Shown here one piece after another: positions 1-12,274 of a stretch of DNA of 64,000 nucleotides. The stretch comes from an uncultured virus (IMG/VR IMGVR_UViG_2061766007_000155). Its lineage: Duplodnaviria > Heunggongvirae > Uroviricota > Caudoviricetes. The stretch is taken from the IMG/VR virus record IMGVR_UViG_2061766007_000155, one strand, 5' to 3'. How positions within the stretch are numbered: position 1 is the first letter of the stretch; each line of letters opens with the position of its first letter. Made by a program: the position numbers and the translations under genes. The notes beneath the pieces are model-generated. The model did not search any database and was not told the origin of the DNA. It was given only the letters and a program-made list of their open reading frames with translations.

Positions 1-20
1 TCATCATACAGTGCACTACA

Positions 21-1301
21 TTGAAGGAACTGGCCGATGCCAAGGGATATACGCTGTCCAACCCGGACTCGAACAACGTAGCCGCAATGGCCGAGATATT
101 CACAAAGTTCATTAAAGAGGGAAACAAGGAATCCGTAGAACAAATGAAAGAGTATCTGGCCCATGACTACAACCACATGGATTTCGGCCAAATCGCAAAT
201 ACATGGAATACCCTGGTAGAGGGTACCGGGGCAGCCCCGGAGGAAACTCCCGTTGTTCCCCCGGAGGAACATTCCGACGTTCCCACGGAGGAAGTCAAGA
301 AAGTCGAGGACGTCAAGGAAAAGCCGCATGAGGAAGACACCACCATAGTAAATACAAAACCGGCAGACGAGACCCCTTCCAATACCATGTCGAACGGCCT
401 GGACCGGCGTTCCTATACCCTCCTGCAGAGGATGGCCGTGGACGAGGACCAGCTCATGCAAGCCCTGGAATATATCACTTCCGGGAACTACTACGGCATC
501 CCGTTCCTTACCACGTACCAGCCCGGCCTTACGGAAAAGGCAATCATCCAGCTTCTGGACCGATTCACCGACAAGGCATCGCACAAGCGCCTTACCGGGA
601 AAGACGCCGACCCGAGGGAAAGGAAGACCATCATGATTCCGCCCGCATTCAAGGTCGACCAGTCGCAGGCAATCTGGACGAAGGCGGTCGTCACCGACCT
701 CGGATTCCCGTTCATCAACTTCACATCCCCTCCAATCATGGAGCTAATCCGCGGAACTGACCCCAAGTCAATCAAGGCGGCCTACAAGCAGGTCAAGGGC
801 ATGTTCAAGCGCTGCGGTCTCAAGAAGCCTATCGACACGCTGAAGGAATTCGCCCACTCGCAGTACAGAAACTGCGCGCTTAACTCACTTGTAGTGGACG
901 CAGATACAATTTTCGACGTGGAACCGGGCCAGGCCATGACGGTCAGCATAGTCGACCCATACAACCCGAAGCTCCACACCAAGGGTTCGTTCAGTCTCCC
1001 CATCGATTTCGCCACCGCGTTCTACGGAGTGCTTTCCCCGGTGAAGGCCGCCAGGCAGTATTCCGAGCTGTGCGGCATGAGCCCGGCGGAATACATGGAC
1101 TACCTGGCCGACCACGGAAAACCACCTGTATATGTGCTTACCCCGAAACGGGCGGCATTCAAGCGCGGCCCAAAGGGCAGCCTACTGCACGAGTTGTTCA
1201 GCTCGAAGACGAAGCCGATACTCGTAAGGAGCCGGGTTGGCAACCACGACGGCGGATTCATGATACCGGAACGCGTAGCGGACCTGCTTTTTAGCGTCTA
1301 A
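21..1301 (+). CDS. C-terminal fragment of late 'gene A', a hypothetical putative head-internal protein; its N-terminal part lies inverted at 10504-12158
   Basis: Open frame overlaps allelic fragments at 10504-11243 (minus), e.g. TLKELADAKGY and SNGLDRRSYTLLQRMA; ends in TAA at 1299-1301. Confidence 0.7.
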   Translation: MKELADAKGYTLSNPDSNNVAAMAEIFTKFIKEGNKESVEQMKEYLAHDYNHMDFGQIANTWNTLVEGTGAAPEETPVVPPEEHSDVPTEEVKKVEDVKEKPHEEDTTIVNTKPADETPSNTMSNGLDRRSYTLLQRMAVDEDQLMQALEYITSGNYYGIPFLTTYQPGLTEKAIIQLLDRFTDKASHKRLTGKDADPRERKTIMIPPAFKVDQSQAIWTKAVVTDLGFPFINFTSPPIMELIRGTDPKSIKAAYKQVKGMFKRCGLKKPIDTLKEFAHSQYRNCALNSLVVDADTIFDVEPGQAMTVSIVDPYNPKLHTKGSFSLPIDFATAFYGVLSPVKAARQYSELCGMSPAEYMDYLADHGKPPVYVLTPKRAAFKRGPKGSLLHELFSSKTKPILVRSRVGNHDGGFMIPERVADLLFSV

Positions 1302-1339
1302 TACCGAATCTTTGCAGAAAACACTGCAANNNNNNNNNN

Positions 1340-1995
1340 AAGCAGAAAAGCCTGGTCGAGGCGGAAACTCCTGCACCCGCGCCGGACGGCATCGTAAAAT
1401 TCGAAATCCCGCCAGAAAAGAACAACGAAGGCACCGCCCGTACAATCATAGGCGGACTATCGAAGAAATACGGCGTGAACCCGGAATACAAGGACGGCGG
1501 GATAGTGATGACCAAGGAAGACTTCGCCAAGTGTTCCGACGGGGTGAAGGCATATATCGGAGCAAACCTACTTACGCCCAATGACGCAGTGAAGAACGCT
1601 ACCGCCGCGGAAGACGAGCGCAAGACGGAAAATACCCGTGCATCTGTAGTCAAGCAGGTAATCGAACAGTTCAAAGACAAGGATATACAGAACCAGCTAG
1701 CCATCGCCGTGCGTTGCCTCATGAACGGAGTATGGTTCGACGGGAAGGAACCCAATGACCAGCAGAAAGCAACTGTCCAGCATTGCCAGGAACTGCTGAA
1801 GAGCGGGAAGCCCGCGGAAGTTGTCGGTCTACTGAAGACTATCGTCGGCCTGGAACACCGTGGNNNNNNNNNNTCCGAGCCGGACGACTCGATGTGGGAC
1901 GACATGGTAATCACCCGGTTCGGCATTGCCATGATTAACCTGTCACATCCGGCAGTAAAGAAAATCATACAATCGGAAAATCCGGAAGAGGACTG
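1340..1995 (+). CDS. Hypothetical protein fragment (QKSLVEAETPAPAP...QSENPEED); allelic copy at 3588-4004
   Basis: Open frame between gaps with codon usage like the neighbours; near-identical copy at 3588-4004 fills the internal gap. Confidence 0.55.
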
Positions 1996-2005
1996 NNNNN
2001 NNNNN

Positions 2006-2436
2006 TGTTTAACAGTAAAGATTACAGGTCTCTTCTCGAGAGCGGGGTCGGCGTTGAATTCATCGCCTTGGTGGAAAGCGCTTTCAGTACCATTTTCGAG
2101 GCAGGGTCGAGGGTACTCAAGAACGAGCTGCAACCGCTGCCTCTCGACAAGGTGGTTGATGCCCTGGACATCGACATTTCCGACTGCACCGGCGATGACG
2201 GCAAGGTCAACTGGAATGCCGTATCGAGGAAACTGTATGACGACCGCAGGTTCACAGCAATCGACATGAAGGTGAACGCAATCGTGCGCCGCGCAATGGA
2301 CCTGTCGAGCCTCAAGTTCGTTGACGAAGCCGGGACGCCGACGTACGCCTACCCGTCCCTCGATAAGAACGAAGAACTGAAGAATATCGAGGAGAACGTG
2401 AAGAACGGGCTGAAGCTGGCCCTGGTGAAGCGTTTC
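2006..2436 (+). CDS. N-terminal fragment of large late 'gene C' (FNSKDYRSLLES...STIFEAG); continues in 8410-10200(-), 4266-4985(+) and 5811-6861(-)
   Basis: Fragment ends overlap (EENVKNGLKLALVKRF; VQQYTFMELCM; RRMVQKNEIAVRLAI) and chain the pieces into one protein. Confidence 0.6.
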
Positions 2437-2446
2437 NNNNNNNNNN

Positions 2447-2563
2447 GGTCTCGAGCAGGATGCTCTCGTTGATTGGTTTACCGAAAATCTGTGAATAGGC
2501 CTCGGAAATGCATTTCGCCATGTTTTCCGGGACGATGTAGTTGCTGTTCTGTCTGGTAGCCAT
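2447..2563 (-). CDS. N-terminus of a late gene (MATRQNSNY...INESILLET), probably 'gene B'
   Basis: ATG downstream of a TATAAACTAC motif; truncated by a gap. Confidence 0.5.
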
Positions 2564-2592
2564 TTCGCACCCTGCAAATATTCTGTTAATCG

Positions 2593-2635
2593 GTAGTTTA
2601 TATTACCGCCGGGAGGCTTTGATGATATAAACTAC
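2593..2635. promoter_or_regulatory. Back-to-back divergent putative late promoters (TATAAACTAC on each strand)
   Basis: GTAGTTTATA at 2593-2602 and TATAAACTAC at 2626-2635; the same motif recurs before the sheath and other structural-type genes. Confidence 0.7.
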
Positions 2636-2893
2636 GGATAATTGAAGTTTTACGGTATTGCCGANNNNNNNNNNNNNNNNNNNNNNNNNNNNNNNNNNNN
2701 NNNNNNNNNNNNNNNNNNNNNNNNNNNNNNNNNNNNNNNNNNNNNNNNNNNNNNNNNNNNNNNNNNNNNNNNNNNNNNNNNNNNNNNNNNNNNNNNNNNN
2801 NNNNNNNNNNNNNNNNNNNNNNNNNNNNNNNNNNNNNNNNNNNNNNNNNNNNNNNNNNNNNNNNNNNNNNNNNNNNNNNNNNNNNNNNNNNNN

Positions 2894-3394
2894 CCCCCAA
2901 GACCTCAAGTCGTTCAAGAAGGCCGTGTATGGCGACAAACGGCTGCAGGCCGTGTTCGGCAAGGGCGGCTTCGAACGGGTAATCCTCGGAAAGCTCGCCA
3001 ACCTCCTGACCCTCGGTATCGCGGCGGCCACAATGGACGAAGGCAAGCGTGCCGACCGCATCATCAAGGAGCTCAAGGAAAAGGGTGGACGCACGGCCCA
3101 CCGTAACCTTCTCCTTGTCAATTACGAGGACATCGTCGACGCCGACCCGGACAACGACTCGGTCATGGTCCCGGCAAAGGCATACAACCGCTCCAAGCGC
3201 GAATTCATCGGAGATATCGAAATCCCCGCCAGCGCGGTGGCACAATTCTACAGCGCGGTGGACCCGGTAAATTCCGCCAAGATTTATCTCGAGATGTTCG
3301 GAAACGAAAAGTCCGGCGTAAGTCTCGACATCCCGATGGGGGAGGCGGTGTCCGCCCTCGAGGAAGCATTGCTCGAAGGGACAATTTCAGACAT
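2894..3394 (+). CDS. Internal fragment of 'gene B', a paralogue of gene A
   Basis: GDIEIPASAVAQFYSAVDPVNSAKIYLEMFG resembles gene A GSFSLPIDFATAFYGVLSPVKAARQYSELCG. Confidence 0.5.
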
Positions 3395-4265
3395 NNNNNN
3401 NNNNGGCTATGGGGCGAACCCGCGGTACACTCTGAATGACCTCGACATCGAAGGACTCAAGTTCCTGGACGACTGCGTGCAGGCGGGACTGCTCGATGCC
3501 GACGACCTGGCCGAATGGGCCGAGCACGCCGACGAGCCGGACTGGATTTCCAGCAACCTCGACCCGCGAATGCTGATNNNNNNNNNNGCAGTTCAAGGAC
3601 AAGGATATACAGAACCAGCTAGCCATCGCCGTACGCTGCCTCATGAACGGAGTATGGTTCGATGGGAAGGAACCCAATGACCAGCAGAAAGCGACTGTCC
3701 AGCATTGCCAGGAACTGCTGAAGAGCGGGAAGCCTGCGGAAGTTGTCGGTCTACTGAAGACTATCGTCGGCCTGGAACACCGTGGGGTAATTTCGCTCGA
3801 CCCGAAAAACGCCCAGCTCTTCAAGGTAAACAAGGGAGATACCAAGTTCACCGGCGACGTCCAGATGCCGACCATGTTCGACGCCGAGCCGGACGACTCG
3901 ATGTGGGACGACATGGTAATCACCCAGTTCGGCATTGCCATGATTAACCTGTCGCATCCGGCAGTAAAGAAAATCATACAATCGGAAAATCCGGAAGAGG
4001 ACTGNNNNNNNNNNTTACATTTGGAAAGCCTCACATCCACGTGGGACACCCGTGCCAAGAAGAAATTTTTTGACGAAATCAACCGCAACCTGGATGAGCG
4101 TGTGAGGGAACTCGGCAGCAGNNNNNNNNNNNNNNNNNNNNNNNNNNNNNNNNNNNNNNNNNNNNNNNNNNNNNNNNNNNNNNNNNNNNNNNNNNNNNNN
4201 NNNNNNNNNNNNNNNNNNNNNNNNNNNNNNNNNNNNNNNNNNNNNNNNNNNNNNAATCAAAGTTA

Positions 4266-4985
4266 GTGCAGCAGTATACTTTCATGGAACTGTGCATGAG
4301 CGAACGGATACGGAGCGAGTACGAGAAGCGCACTCCGATAGGAAAGCGGCTGAGGAACATATTCATGTCGCTCGCGGCCGAAGAGCCTTACCTGTTCGAT
4401 GGCGAGAAGGGTACGCCGCGTGGAATTGAGAAGCTCATGCCGTTTACCCTCGATTCAGTCGATACATATTTCGACTTCTCGAATAATGAACTGACCGATT
4501 TCTTCAGCACGTATCTGAACGGTAAGGACCCCGACGTGGCCAGGCTGTATTCAGTAAGGTCCGAACAGCTGGCAAATACCAATGTGGGCATCCAGACGCT
4601 GTTCGGCGGGCTAATTCGGACGTACCTTACCCTGTACTACTATGACCCGTCGGTAGCGACCTCGGCATTCTTCAATCCCAAGGGCGGCCTGTTCAGCTGT
4701 ACGTCGATGGAACTGGTCGAGGTTCCCGGCGCCACGGGCAAGAAGGGTAACCGCCGCATGGTGCAGAAGAACGAAATCGCGGTCCGTCTCGCCATAGCGG
4801 CAGGCCTGAAAGGCATCATCAACTACAATGACTGGGTGGACGATAAGGCATACATCGCCCTCGTCGAAGCATGCCTTGCCGGGCAGCACCTTATCCTCAC
4901 CCCGGAAGCCGAGACGATGGAAATGGTCGGCACCTTGCTGCGTCTGTCCGGCCAGTACGACAAGGCCGAGCCGTCCGAGGACGGG
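4266..4985 (+). CDS. Internal fragment of gene C
   Basis: Overlaps the 8410-8500 and 6630-6861 minus-strand alleles. Confidence 0.6.
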
Positions 4986-5124
4986 NNNNNNNNNNNNNNN
5001 NNNNNNNNNNNNNNNNNNNNNNNNNNNNNNNNNNNNNGCAGCTCCCCATGTTCAACCCCGGCCCGTCCGAGGAAGACGACGAGGAGAATAAGGACTAGTT
5101 TCCTTCCCGAAAAGGAAGGAAATT

Positions 5125-5814
5125 ATGAGCATTTACGTCGTAGGCGCTACCCACAACATGTTCCCCGAACTTGACGAGGGGAGAGAGAAGTTTCTTGTCA
5201 ACGTGAACCATGAAGGGGACAACATCGATTCCCTTAATCCGTGGTACTGCGAACTTACCGCACTATACTATCTCTGGAAAAACAGCGATGCATACTATGT
5301 AGGACTGGAGCACTACCGCCGGTTCTTCTGTTCGGTCAAGAACCCGAAACAGCGCATGAAAACCGATGAGGCCGCGGAAATACTGGAAAATGCCGACATG
5401 ATAGTCACCGAGTACAACCACGGGCCGAAATACTGCGCGCTGGACTGGTTTCGGGACTCGAAATATCTGAATCACCTCGACAAGTTCATGTCGGTACTCA
5501 CCGAGTACGACCGCAAGAATTTCGGCAATTATCTCACGCAGCATACACTTATCCAGTGCAACATGTTCATAGGGAAGCGCCCGGTGATGGAGCGCTGGTG
5601 CGAGTATATCTTCCCGCTACTGGAAGCCTACTCAAAAATAGAGCCGCTGACGGATGGCAACCGTCGCATGCCGGGTTATTTTGCCGAGCACATATTCGGG
5701 TACTGGCTAATGAAGAAAAAAGTTCCCTTGTTCGAGGTAGTCAAGGCGGAGATTGAATACGTAGAGCGCGGAGGCATGGCCCCCGCGCCCGTGAAGTTCG
5801 TCAAGTATAACTAA
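5125..5814 (+). CDS. DUF4422-family (glycosyltransferase-associated) protein
   Basis: Typical motifs GDNIDSLNPWYCELTALYYLWKN, YVGLEHYRRFF, CNMFI, W-CEYIFPLL, R-PGYFAE; GGAAGGA RBS upstream. Confidence 0.85.
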   Translation: MSIYVVGATHNMFPELDEGREKFLVNVNHEGDNIDSLNPWYCELTALYYLWKNSDAYYVGLEHYRRFFCSVKNPKQRMKTDEAAEILENADMIVTEYNHGPKYCALDWFRDSKYLNHLDKFMSVLTEYDRKNFGNYLTQHTLIQCNMFIGKRPVMERWCEYIFPLLEAYSKIEPLTDGNRRMPGYFAEHIFGYWLMKKKVPLFEVVKAEIEYVERGGMAPAPVKFVKYN

Positions 5815-6861
5815 CGGACGAGCTTGATTGCCAGCTTGAATCCAGGCTCGATGTTGCTGTCGTCCAGTTCGATGACGTTGTTGCTGTCGACCGAGTAGCC
5901 CACCGGGCCGTCCTTGCCCATACACCAGGCGAAACAGAAGTTTTCCGAGCCGGAAATCAGCTCGCCTTCCTCGTCCGCCATGCCTGTACCGGTGAAGCCG
6001 AGGGCCTCTTCCGAAATCGTGTCCGGGTTGTCGCCGAGGTGCAGAATCTCGTCAGCGGTCGGCAGACGCCACCCGTTCGGTTCGGGATTCCCGTACATCG
6101 CGACCGCTTCCTCCATGGAATACAGGCCGGCGCTGCCGTCCTCGGATACCGCAGACGGGTTCCCGGCCGTGACGTAGCCCTTCATCCAGCGGAGGCCGTT
6201 GGCCATACTGTACTTGACGGTAGCGCCCAGCTGGGCGTTGACCTCGGAGCCGCTCACGGCGGTGAATTTGCCGCTTCTGGAGGAGTTGAGGTACTTGCCG
6301 AGCTTCTCCATCATCCTGGCTGCCTCGTCTGGCGGGAGAGTCTTGATGAGGTTCTTGATGTTGTTCGTGTTGCCCGTGGCGAAGGCGGACGCGAAGTTCT
6401 CCCACTGAGCGTCACCCATCTCGCCCATCTCGGCAATCTTGAGGAACAGCAGGAGGCCTTCCCTGGTCCGGCTCATGTTCCTCACGGTATCCGCCGTGAA
6501 GGACTGCTCGCATAGCTTCTTCGCCATATCGCGCGGCATGTACTGTAGGTATTGCAACAGCGTTCCCGGGTTGCTCGTGATAAGCTGGTCGATATCTTCC
6601 GGTTCGATGATTCGCTTGCGCGGTGTCCCGTCCTCGGACGGCTCGGCCTTGTCGTACTGGCCGGACAGACGCAGCAGGGTGCCGACCATTTCCATCGTCT
6701 CGGCTTCCGGGGCGAGAATAAGGTGCTGCCCGGCAAGGCATGCATCGACGAGGGCGATGTATGCCTTATCGTTCACCCAGTCATTGTAGTTGATGACGCT
6801 TATCAGGCCTGACGCTATGGCGAGACGGACCGCGATTTCGTTCTTCTGCACCATGCGGCGG
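5811..6861 (-). CDS. C-terminal part of gene C, ending in a Fibrobacter succinogenes major paralogous (FISUMP)-like domain
   Basis: NGLRWMKGY, GLYSMEEA, PNGWRLPTADE, LGFTGTG, FAW and AIKLVR* follow the order of the W-MAENL / GRLY-W / P-GW-LP--E / GF / FW / SVRC-K pattern. Confidence 0.6.
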
Positions 6862-6872
6862 TNNNNNNNNNN

Positions 6873-7847
6873 TGCGGCGTCCTCGATGTCGGTCAGCGGG
6901 TTGAACTCCTGCTGCCCGTCGTTGAACATGGTTATGTCGCTCCCGGATTCCTCGCCGGATTCCTCGCCGGAGTTGAACGTCCCGATTTCGCCGGTATCCC
7001 CCGTGGTTTCCCGGGAGTCCCCGGAGTCTCCGAGGGTATTGGCCAGGGCGTCGAGCGCCTCCTGTGCCTCCGGAATCTTTACCGGGGCGGACTCGCCGAG
7101 CATCGTGATTGGGTCTTTCCCTTCCGGGTAGTCCACGACTGGCTTCCGGGATGTCCCGGAGTTGGCCATGCCGATTTCGCCCGAGGCGGGTGATTCGTTG
7201 CCACGGCCGTTCATCTGGTTAATCTGGCCGGACGCCCGGTTTTCGGCGTCCCTGCCGAGTACCTGCGGGGCTTCCTCGTCCTGCGTGTATTCCTTTGGGA
7301 ACTTGGCGGTCCTCGCCGCCTTCATGATGGTCGGGGCGTTGAGCATTATGCCGTTGAAGCTGGCGAGCAGGTGCTTGCAGACTGTGTTCTTTCCCCGCGG
7401 GTCCCTGACTTTTGGCCTGATGTCGGAGCCGTCCGGGATTCCATCGTCCGACGTGTGACCTTCCTCGTACCCGCCGTACCTGTGCTTCATGTTGTACTTC
7501 ATGCCTGACCAGTTGAAGTCAGGGCATGTGCAGAAGCACCTGACGTCGGCGTCCTTGATGAGCTGCATCTTGTCCCCTACGCGTCCGCCGGCACTCGCCA
7601 GGACGAACAGGGAGGCGTGTTTCGGCTCGACTGAGATGTAGCAGGTATAGGACTTGTCCGGGTGGGAGCTGGAAGGCACGCGCCACTCGAGGACGGCCTG
7701 GCCGTCCTTGTTGCGGGTGATGCCCTCGAAGTAGCGCTCGAGTACCTTCGACCTGCTCTTTCGGCCGGAGTCGGCCTTCTTGGAGAAGAAGGCCATGTTG
7801 TTCTCCAGGAGGTACCTGGCGTTGCAGAGGAAAGTGTCGATATGCAT
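6873..7847 (-). CDS. SWIM-type zinc-finger protein with an acidic low-complexity tail; the C-terminal end is probably the fragment at 5038-5098 (+)
   Basis: VRCFCTCPDF...VCKHLLA fits CxC-Xn-CxH; truncated by a gap at about 6872. Confidence 0.7.
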
Positions 7848-7850
7848 AGG

Positions 7851-8115
7851 CTATGCCGAGAAATACTTCTTGATGTCTTCGGGTTTCATGAACGCGGCTG
7901 CCTGGTGGTCGCCGTTCTGGTCCGAGATTTTCATGGATACCATGTGCACGACGCCGGAAGCCTGTCCCCGGCCCGTTTCCGCGCTGGAAACGATGTCGAC
8001 TTCCTTGTTGGCGCTCTTGGCCTTGAGGATGTATGCCGGCGGGTGTCCTTTCTTGGACAGGTAATCCATGAACTTCTGCTTGAGTTCGGCGAACTTGCCG
8101 TCGTCTCCCGGCTTG
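7851..8115 (-). CDS. C-terminal fragment of gene B
   Basis: FMDYLSKKGHPPAYIL...GDHQAAAFMKPEDIKKYFSA* parallels gene A YMDYLADHGKPPVYVL...GNHDGGFMIPERVADLLFSV*. Confidence 0.55.
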
Positions 8116-8409
8116 GNNNNNNNNNNAGACTGGATGCCCACCGGGGCATTTGCCAGCTGTTCGGACCTTACGGAATACAGCCTGGCCACGTCTGGGTCCT
8201 TACCGTTCAGGTACGTGCTGAAGAACTCGGTCAGTTCATTATCCGAGAAGTCGAAATATGTGTCGACTGAATCGATGGTAAGCGGCACGAGCTTCTCAAT
8301 TCCACGCGGCGTACCCTTCTCGCCATCGAACAGGTAAGNNNNNNNNNNGATGTCTGAAATTGTCCCTTCGAGCAATGCTTCCTCGAGGGCGGACACTGCN
8401 NNNNNNNNN

Positions 8410-10200
8410 GCGCTTGCCTATCGGAGTGCGCTTCTCGTACTCGCTCCGTATCCGTTCGCCCATGCACAGTTCCATGAAAGTATACTGTTGCACTCCCTTT
8501 GATACATGACGGTTTATCAGTCGTCCCATGATGCGGACGAAGTGCGCGGGAGATACCGCCCCCCTGTTCTGCGCGTAATCCCGGTATGCCCTGGCTATCC
8601 CATCACCATATTCCTCCGGAAGTTCGAAACCCGGAACCCGCCGTGCCAGGTAAACCAGCTTGTTGAGTGTTTCGTTGTCGTGTCCGCTGCTGCCGAGTTC
8701 CCTCACACGCTCATCCAGGTTGCGGTTGATTTCGTCGAAAAATTTCTTCTTGGTACGGGTGTCCCACGTGGATGTGAGACTTTCCAAATGTAACAGTTGG
8801 TGGTAGTAATGGTCCACGAGCATGTAGGCTGAACGTTCAGCATAGTCGCGGTCCCCGGACATCAGCATGTAGTCGACCGTTTCCTTCGCCAGCGGTATGT
8901 ACCCGTACTTTTCACTGGCACCCCTTAACATATTCAGGAACGATTCGGGACTTCCGCAGCGCTTGAGCAGTTCCACCTGCATTCTCGGGTTCTTCAGCAG
9001 GCCGGCGCTCAGGCGGCTCTCGGAAGGGTTAAACTCGTCACCGGGAACCCCGGTCGACATCGCCGATGCGGTATCGGTGCGCTGCACTGGGGTTTCCAGG
9101 GATTTCCCGGTCAAGGCCGGGATGAGCTCGTCGGCGTGTGCAAGGAGCCGCCTTAGCAAGGCGTTCGACAGGTTTTCCGCATTCTTCCGTCCGCTGAACA
9201 TCCCCGTTCCGTTCTTCCTGGCCACCATCAGCATTCGCGGGTCGAGGTTGCTGGAAATCCAGTCCGGCTCGTCGGCATGCTCGGCCCATTCGGCCAGGTC
9301 GTCTGCATCGAGCAGTCCCGCCTGCACGCAGTCGTCCAGGAACTTGAGCCCTCCAATGTCGGCTAAATCCAGGGTGTACTGCGGGTTCGCCCCATAGGAG
9401 AATATGTATTTTACGCTTTCCGGGACGATACGCAGAAGACGCACGGTATCAGCCAAGTCGATATTCCTGGCGATGTACTGGCATGCGCCCGTAGTTTGCA
9501 TTTCCCGGGAATCCCGGGGCAGACGGTAGTCGAGAAGGCGGCTCGGTTCCAGCGAGGAAGCGACACCGTCTTCGTTGAGCTTAATAAACAGGTTTACTAT
9601 GTCATGGACAATCTGCGCATCGGTATAAGTCTCTTCAATTTCCGGGGTATATATGTATATGCACCACAGTTTTCTTTGTTCGCTTACCATGACAATGGCA
9701 ATACTGGCCTCCCCAAGCCTAAGCGCATATTCCCCATCGCCAATGGACACCCACTTCCATCCGTCCTCGTTGGACATTAGGACTCTCTCATCGTCATCNN
9801 NNNNNNNNAGTTTCCTTTGTTCGCTTACCATGACGATGGCAATACTGACATCACCAAGCCTAAGCGCATATTCACCATCGCCAATGAAAACCCACTTCCA
9901 TCCGTCCTCGTTGGACATTAGGACTCTCTCATCGACATCGTATATATTTCCGTCCTCGTCAGGGACTTCGCCGACCATGTAGTAATCTATCGGGTCATCC
10001 AAGGTGTCCGCGAGTTCGTGTGTCCCGATTTTCGGTTCCCTGGTTACTTCGGCATCCGCCATCACGCGGCCAAACATCGTCCTTGCCAGCGCATGGCCCG
10101 CACCCTCTACCGAGATGCTGTCCACCATGTCGACCACCCGCTGCGGGTCGTCCACACTGCTGAAACGCTTCACCAGGGCCAGCTTCAGCCCGTTCTTCAC
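8410..10200 (-). CDS. Central part of gene C (large hypothetical protein)
   Basis: Long open frame broken only at 10-N joins; alleles at 3405-3577, 4015-4121 and 10222-10431. Confidence 0.65.
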
Positions 10201-10503
10201 GTTCTCCTCGANNNNNNNNNNGAGGTGTCCTCGAGTGCGTGTGTCCCGATTTTCGGTTCCCTGGTTACTTCGGCATCAGCCATCACGCGGCCAAACAGCG
10301 TCCTTGCCAGCGCATGGCCCGCACCCTCTACCGAGATGCTGTCAACCATGTCGACCACCCGCTGCGGGTTGGCCACACCGCCGAAACGCTTCACCAGGGC
10401 CAGCTTCAGCCCGTTCTTCACGTTCTCCTCGANNNNNNNNNNTGGGGCTGCCCCGGTACCCTCTACCAGGGTATTCCATGTATTTGCGATTTGNNNNNNN
10501 NNN

Positions 10504-12158
10504 TGCCATCCTTTGCAGGAGGGTATAGGAACGCCGGTCCAGGCCGTTCGACATGGTATTGGACGGGGTATCGGACGGGGTATCGGCGCCAGCTTCTGCT
10601 GAGGAGTCATCATCTTTCGTGTTTGAAGATGCTATGACGGGGTCTGCCTCGGACGCCTCTTTGGGGGCTTCCTCGACTTTCTTGACTTCCTCCGGGGGAA
10701 CAACGGGAGGTTCCACCGGGGCTGCCCCGGTACCCTCTACCAGGGTATTCCATGTATTTGCGATTTGGCCGAAATCCATGTGGTTGTAGTCATGGGCCAG
10801 GTACTCTTTCATTTTTTCTACGGATTCCGGGTTTCCCTCTTTAATGAACTTTGCGAATGTCTCGGCCATTGCGGCTACGTTGTTCGAGTCCGGGTTGGAC
10901 AGCGTATATNNNNNNNNNNCGGTTTCCCTCTTTAATGAACTTTGTGAATAGCTCGGCCATTGCGGCCACGTTGTTCGAGTCCGGGTTGGACAGCACATAT
11001 CCCTTGGCATCGGCCAGTTCCTTCAATGTAGTGCACTGTATGATGAAGGATGCCGCATTGTATGCCTCCAGCGTTCTGGGTGTCATCACTTCAATGGCCG
11101 CCGCGACGGCCTTCCCGGCCAGGCTATTGTAGCCGTTTGGCCAGGTACTGTTTTTCGGGAGGAAGCCGAGCAGTCGAACTGCCATGTATGGATATACGAT
11201 ATTATGCGCTAGCGAAACAAGACTTGAGGCGAACTTGTACCCTGCACTATACCAGTCGGTGTGNNNNNNNNNNAAGGAAGCCGAGCAGTCGAACTGCCAG
11301 GTATGGATATACGATATTATGCGCTTGTGAAACAAGAGTTGAAGCGAACTTGTACCCTGCACTATACCAGTCGGTGTGCGAGTCCATGCTATCGATTATG
11401 TTATTAATCGCGTCGGCTGCAATATCCTTTGGCGTAGGNNNNNNNNNNAGCGAAACAAGAGTTGAGGCGAACTTGTACCCTGCACTATACCAGTCGGTGT
11501 GCGAGTCCATACTATCGATTATGTTCTGAATCGCGTCGGCTGCAATATCCTTTGGCGTAGGTACGGCTACCTTTTCGAGCAGCTGGTTCACCAGCTGGTA
11601 CACGTGGAGATTGTCGCCGTCGTAGAAATGCACCTCGGGCGTTAAAAGGCCTGATGCTGGTGCATCTTTCAGTCCGTCCATGGAACCGCTCCCTTCGCTT
11701 CCGTATACCCACTTGAGAAGGGTTTCTACGGCATTGGCCCGGCCATCAGCGGCGAGCGTGTTGATATAGCCCTGTGCCTCGTAGCCGAACAGGAGAAGTG
11801 CCAGATACTGGGTAGATTTCTTCTCNNNNNNNNNNCGATTGTCGCCGTCATAAAAATCCACCGGGGGCGTTAAAAGGCCTGATGCTGGTGCATCTTTCAG
11901 TCCGTCCATGGAACCGCTCCCTTCGCTTCCGTATACCCACTTGAGAAGGGTTTCTACGGCATCGGCCCGGCCATCCGCGGCAAGCGTGTTGATATAGTCC
12001 TGCGCCTCGTAGCCGAACAGGAGAAGTGCCAGATACTGGGTAGATTTCTTCTCTGCGCCGGCGTGGTATGTATCACTCGTCGTAATGCCGGTTGCTCTCT
12101 TGGCACCGGTTACTATATCCGAGTCGGCCTTTTTGATTACGTCAATGGAAACTGGCAT
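10504..12158 (-). CDS. N-terminal portion of gene A (MPVSIDVIKKADS...), as overlapping allelic fragments
   Basis: ATG at 12158 with GAGG RBS and TATAAACT upstream; fragments tile into the 21-1301 ORF. Confidence 0.65.
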
Positions 12159-12179
12159 GGTATGTACCTCTAAATGCAC

Positions 12180-12240
12180 AGTTTATAGCATCGGGCACGC
12201 CCCGAAACGCGGGCTTAAAAATTGCCGGGGTATATAAACT
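12180..12240. promoter_or_regulatory. Divergent putative late promoters
   Basis: AGTTTATA at 12180-12187 (minus) and TATATAAACT at 12231-12240 (plus). Confidence 0.7.
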
Positions 12241-12274
12241 TGCGACAAAATGGATACCAGACTAGGGGTGTCAG

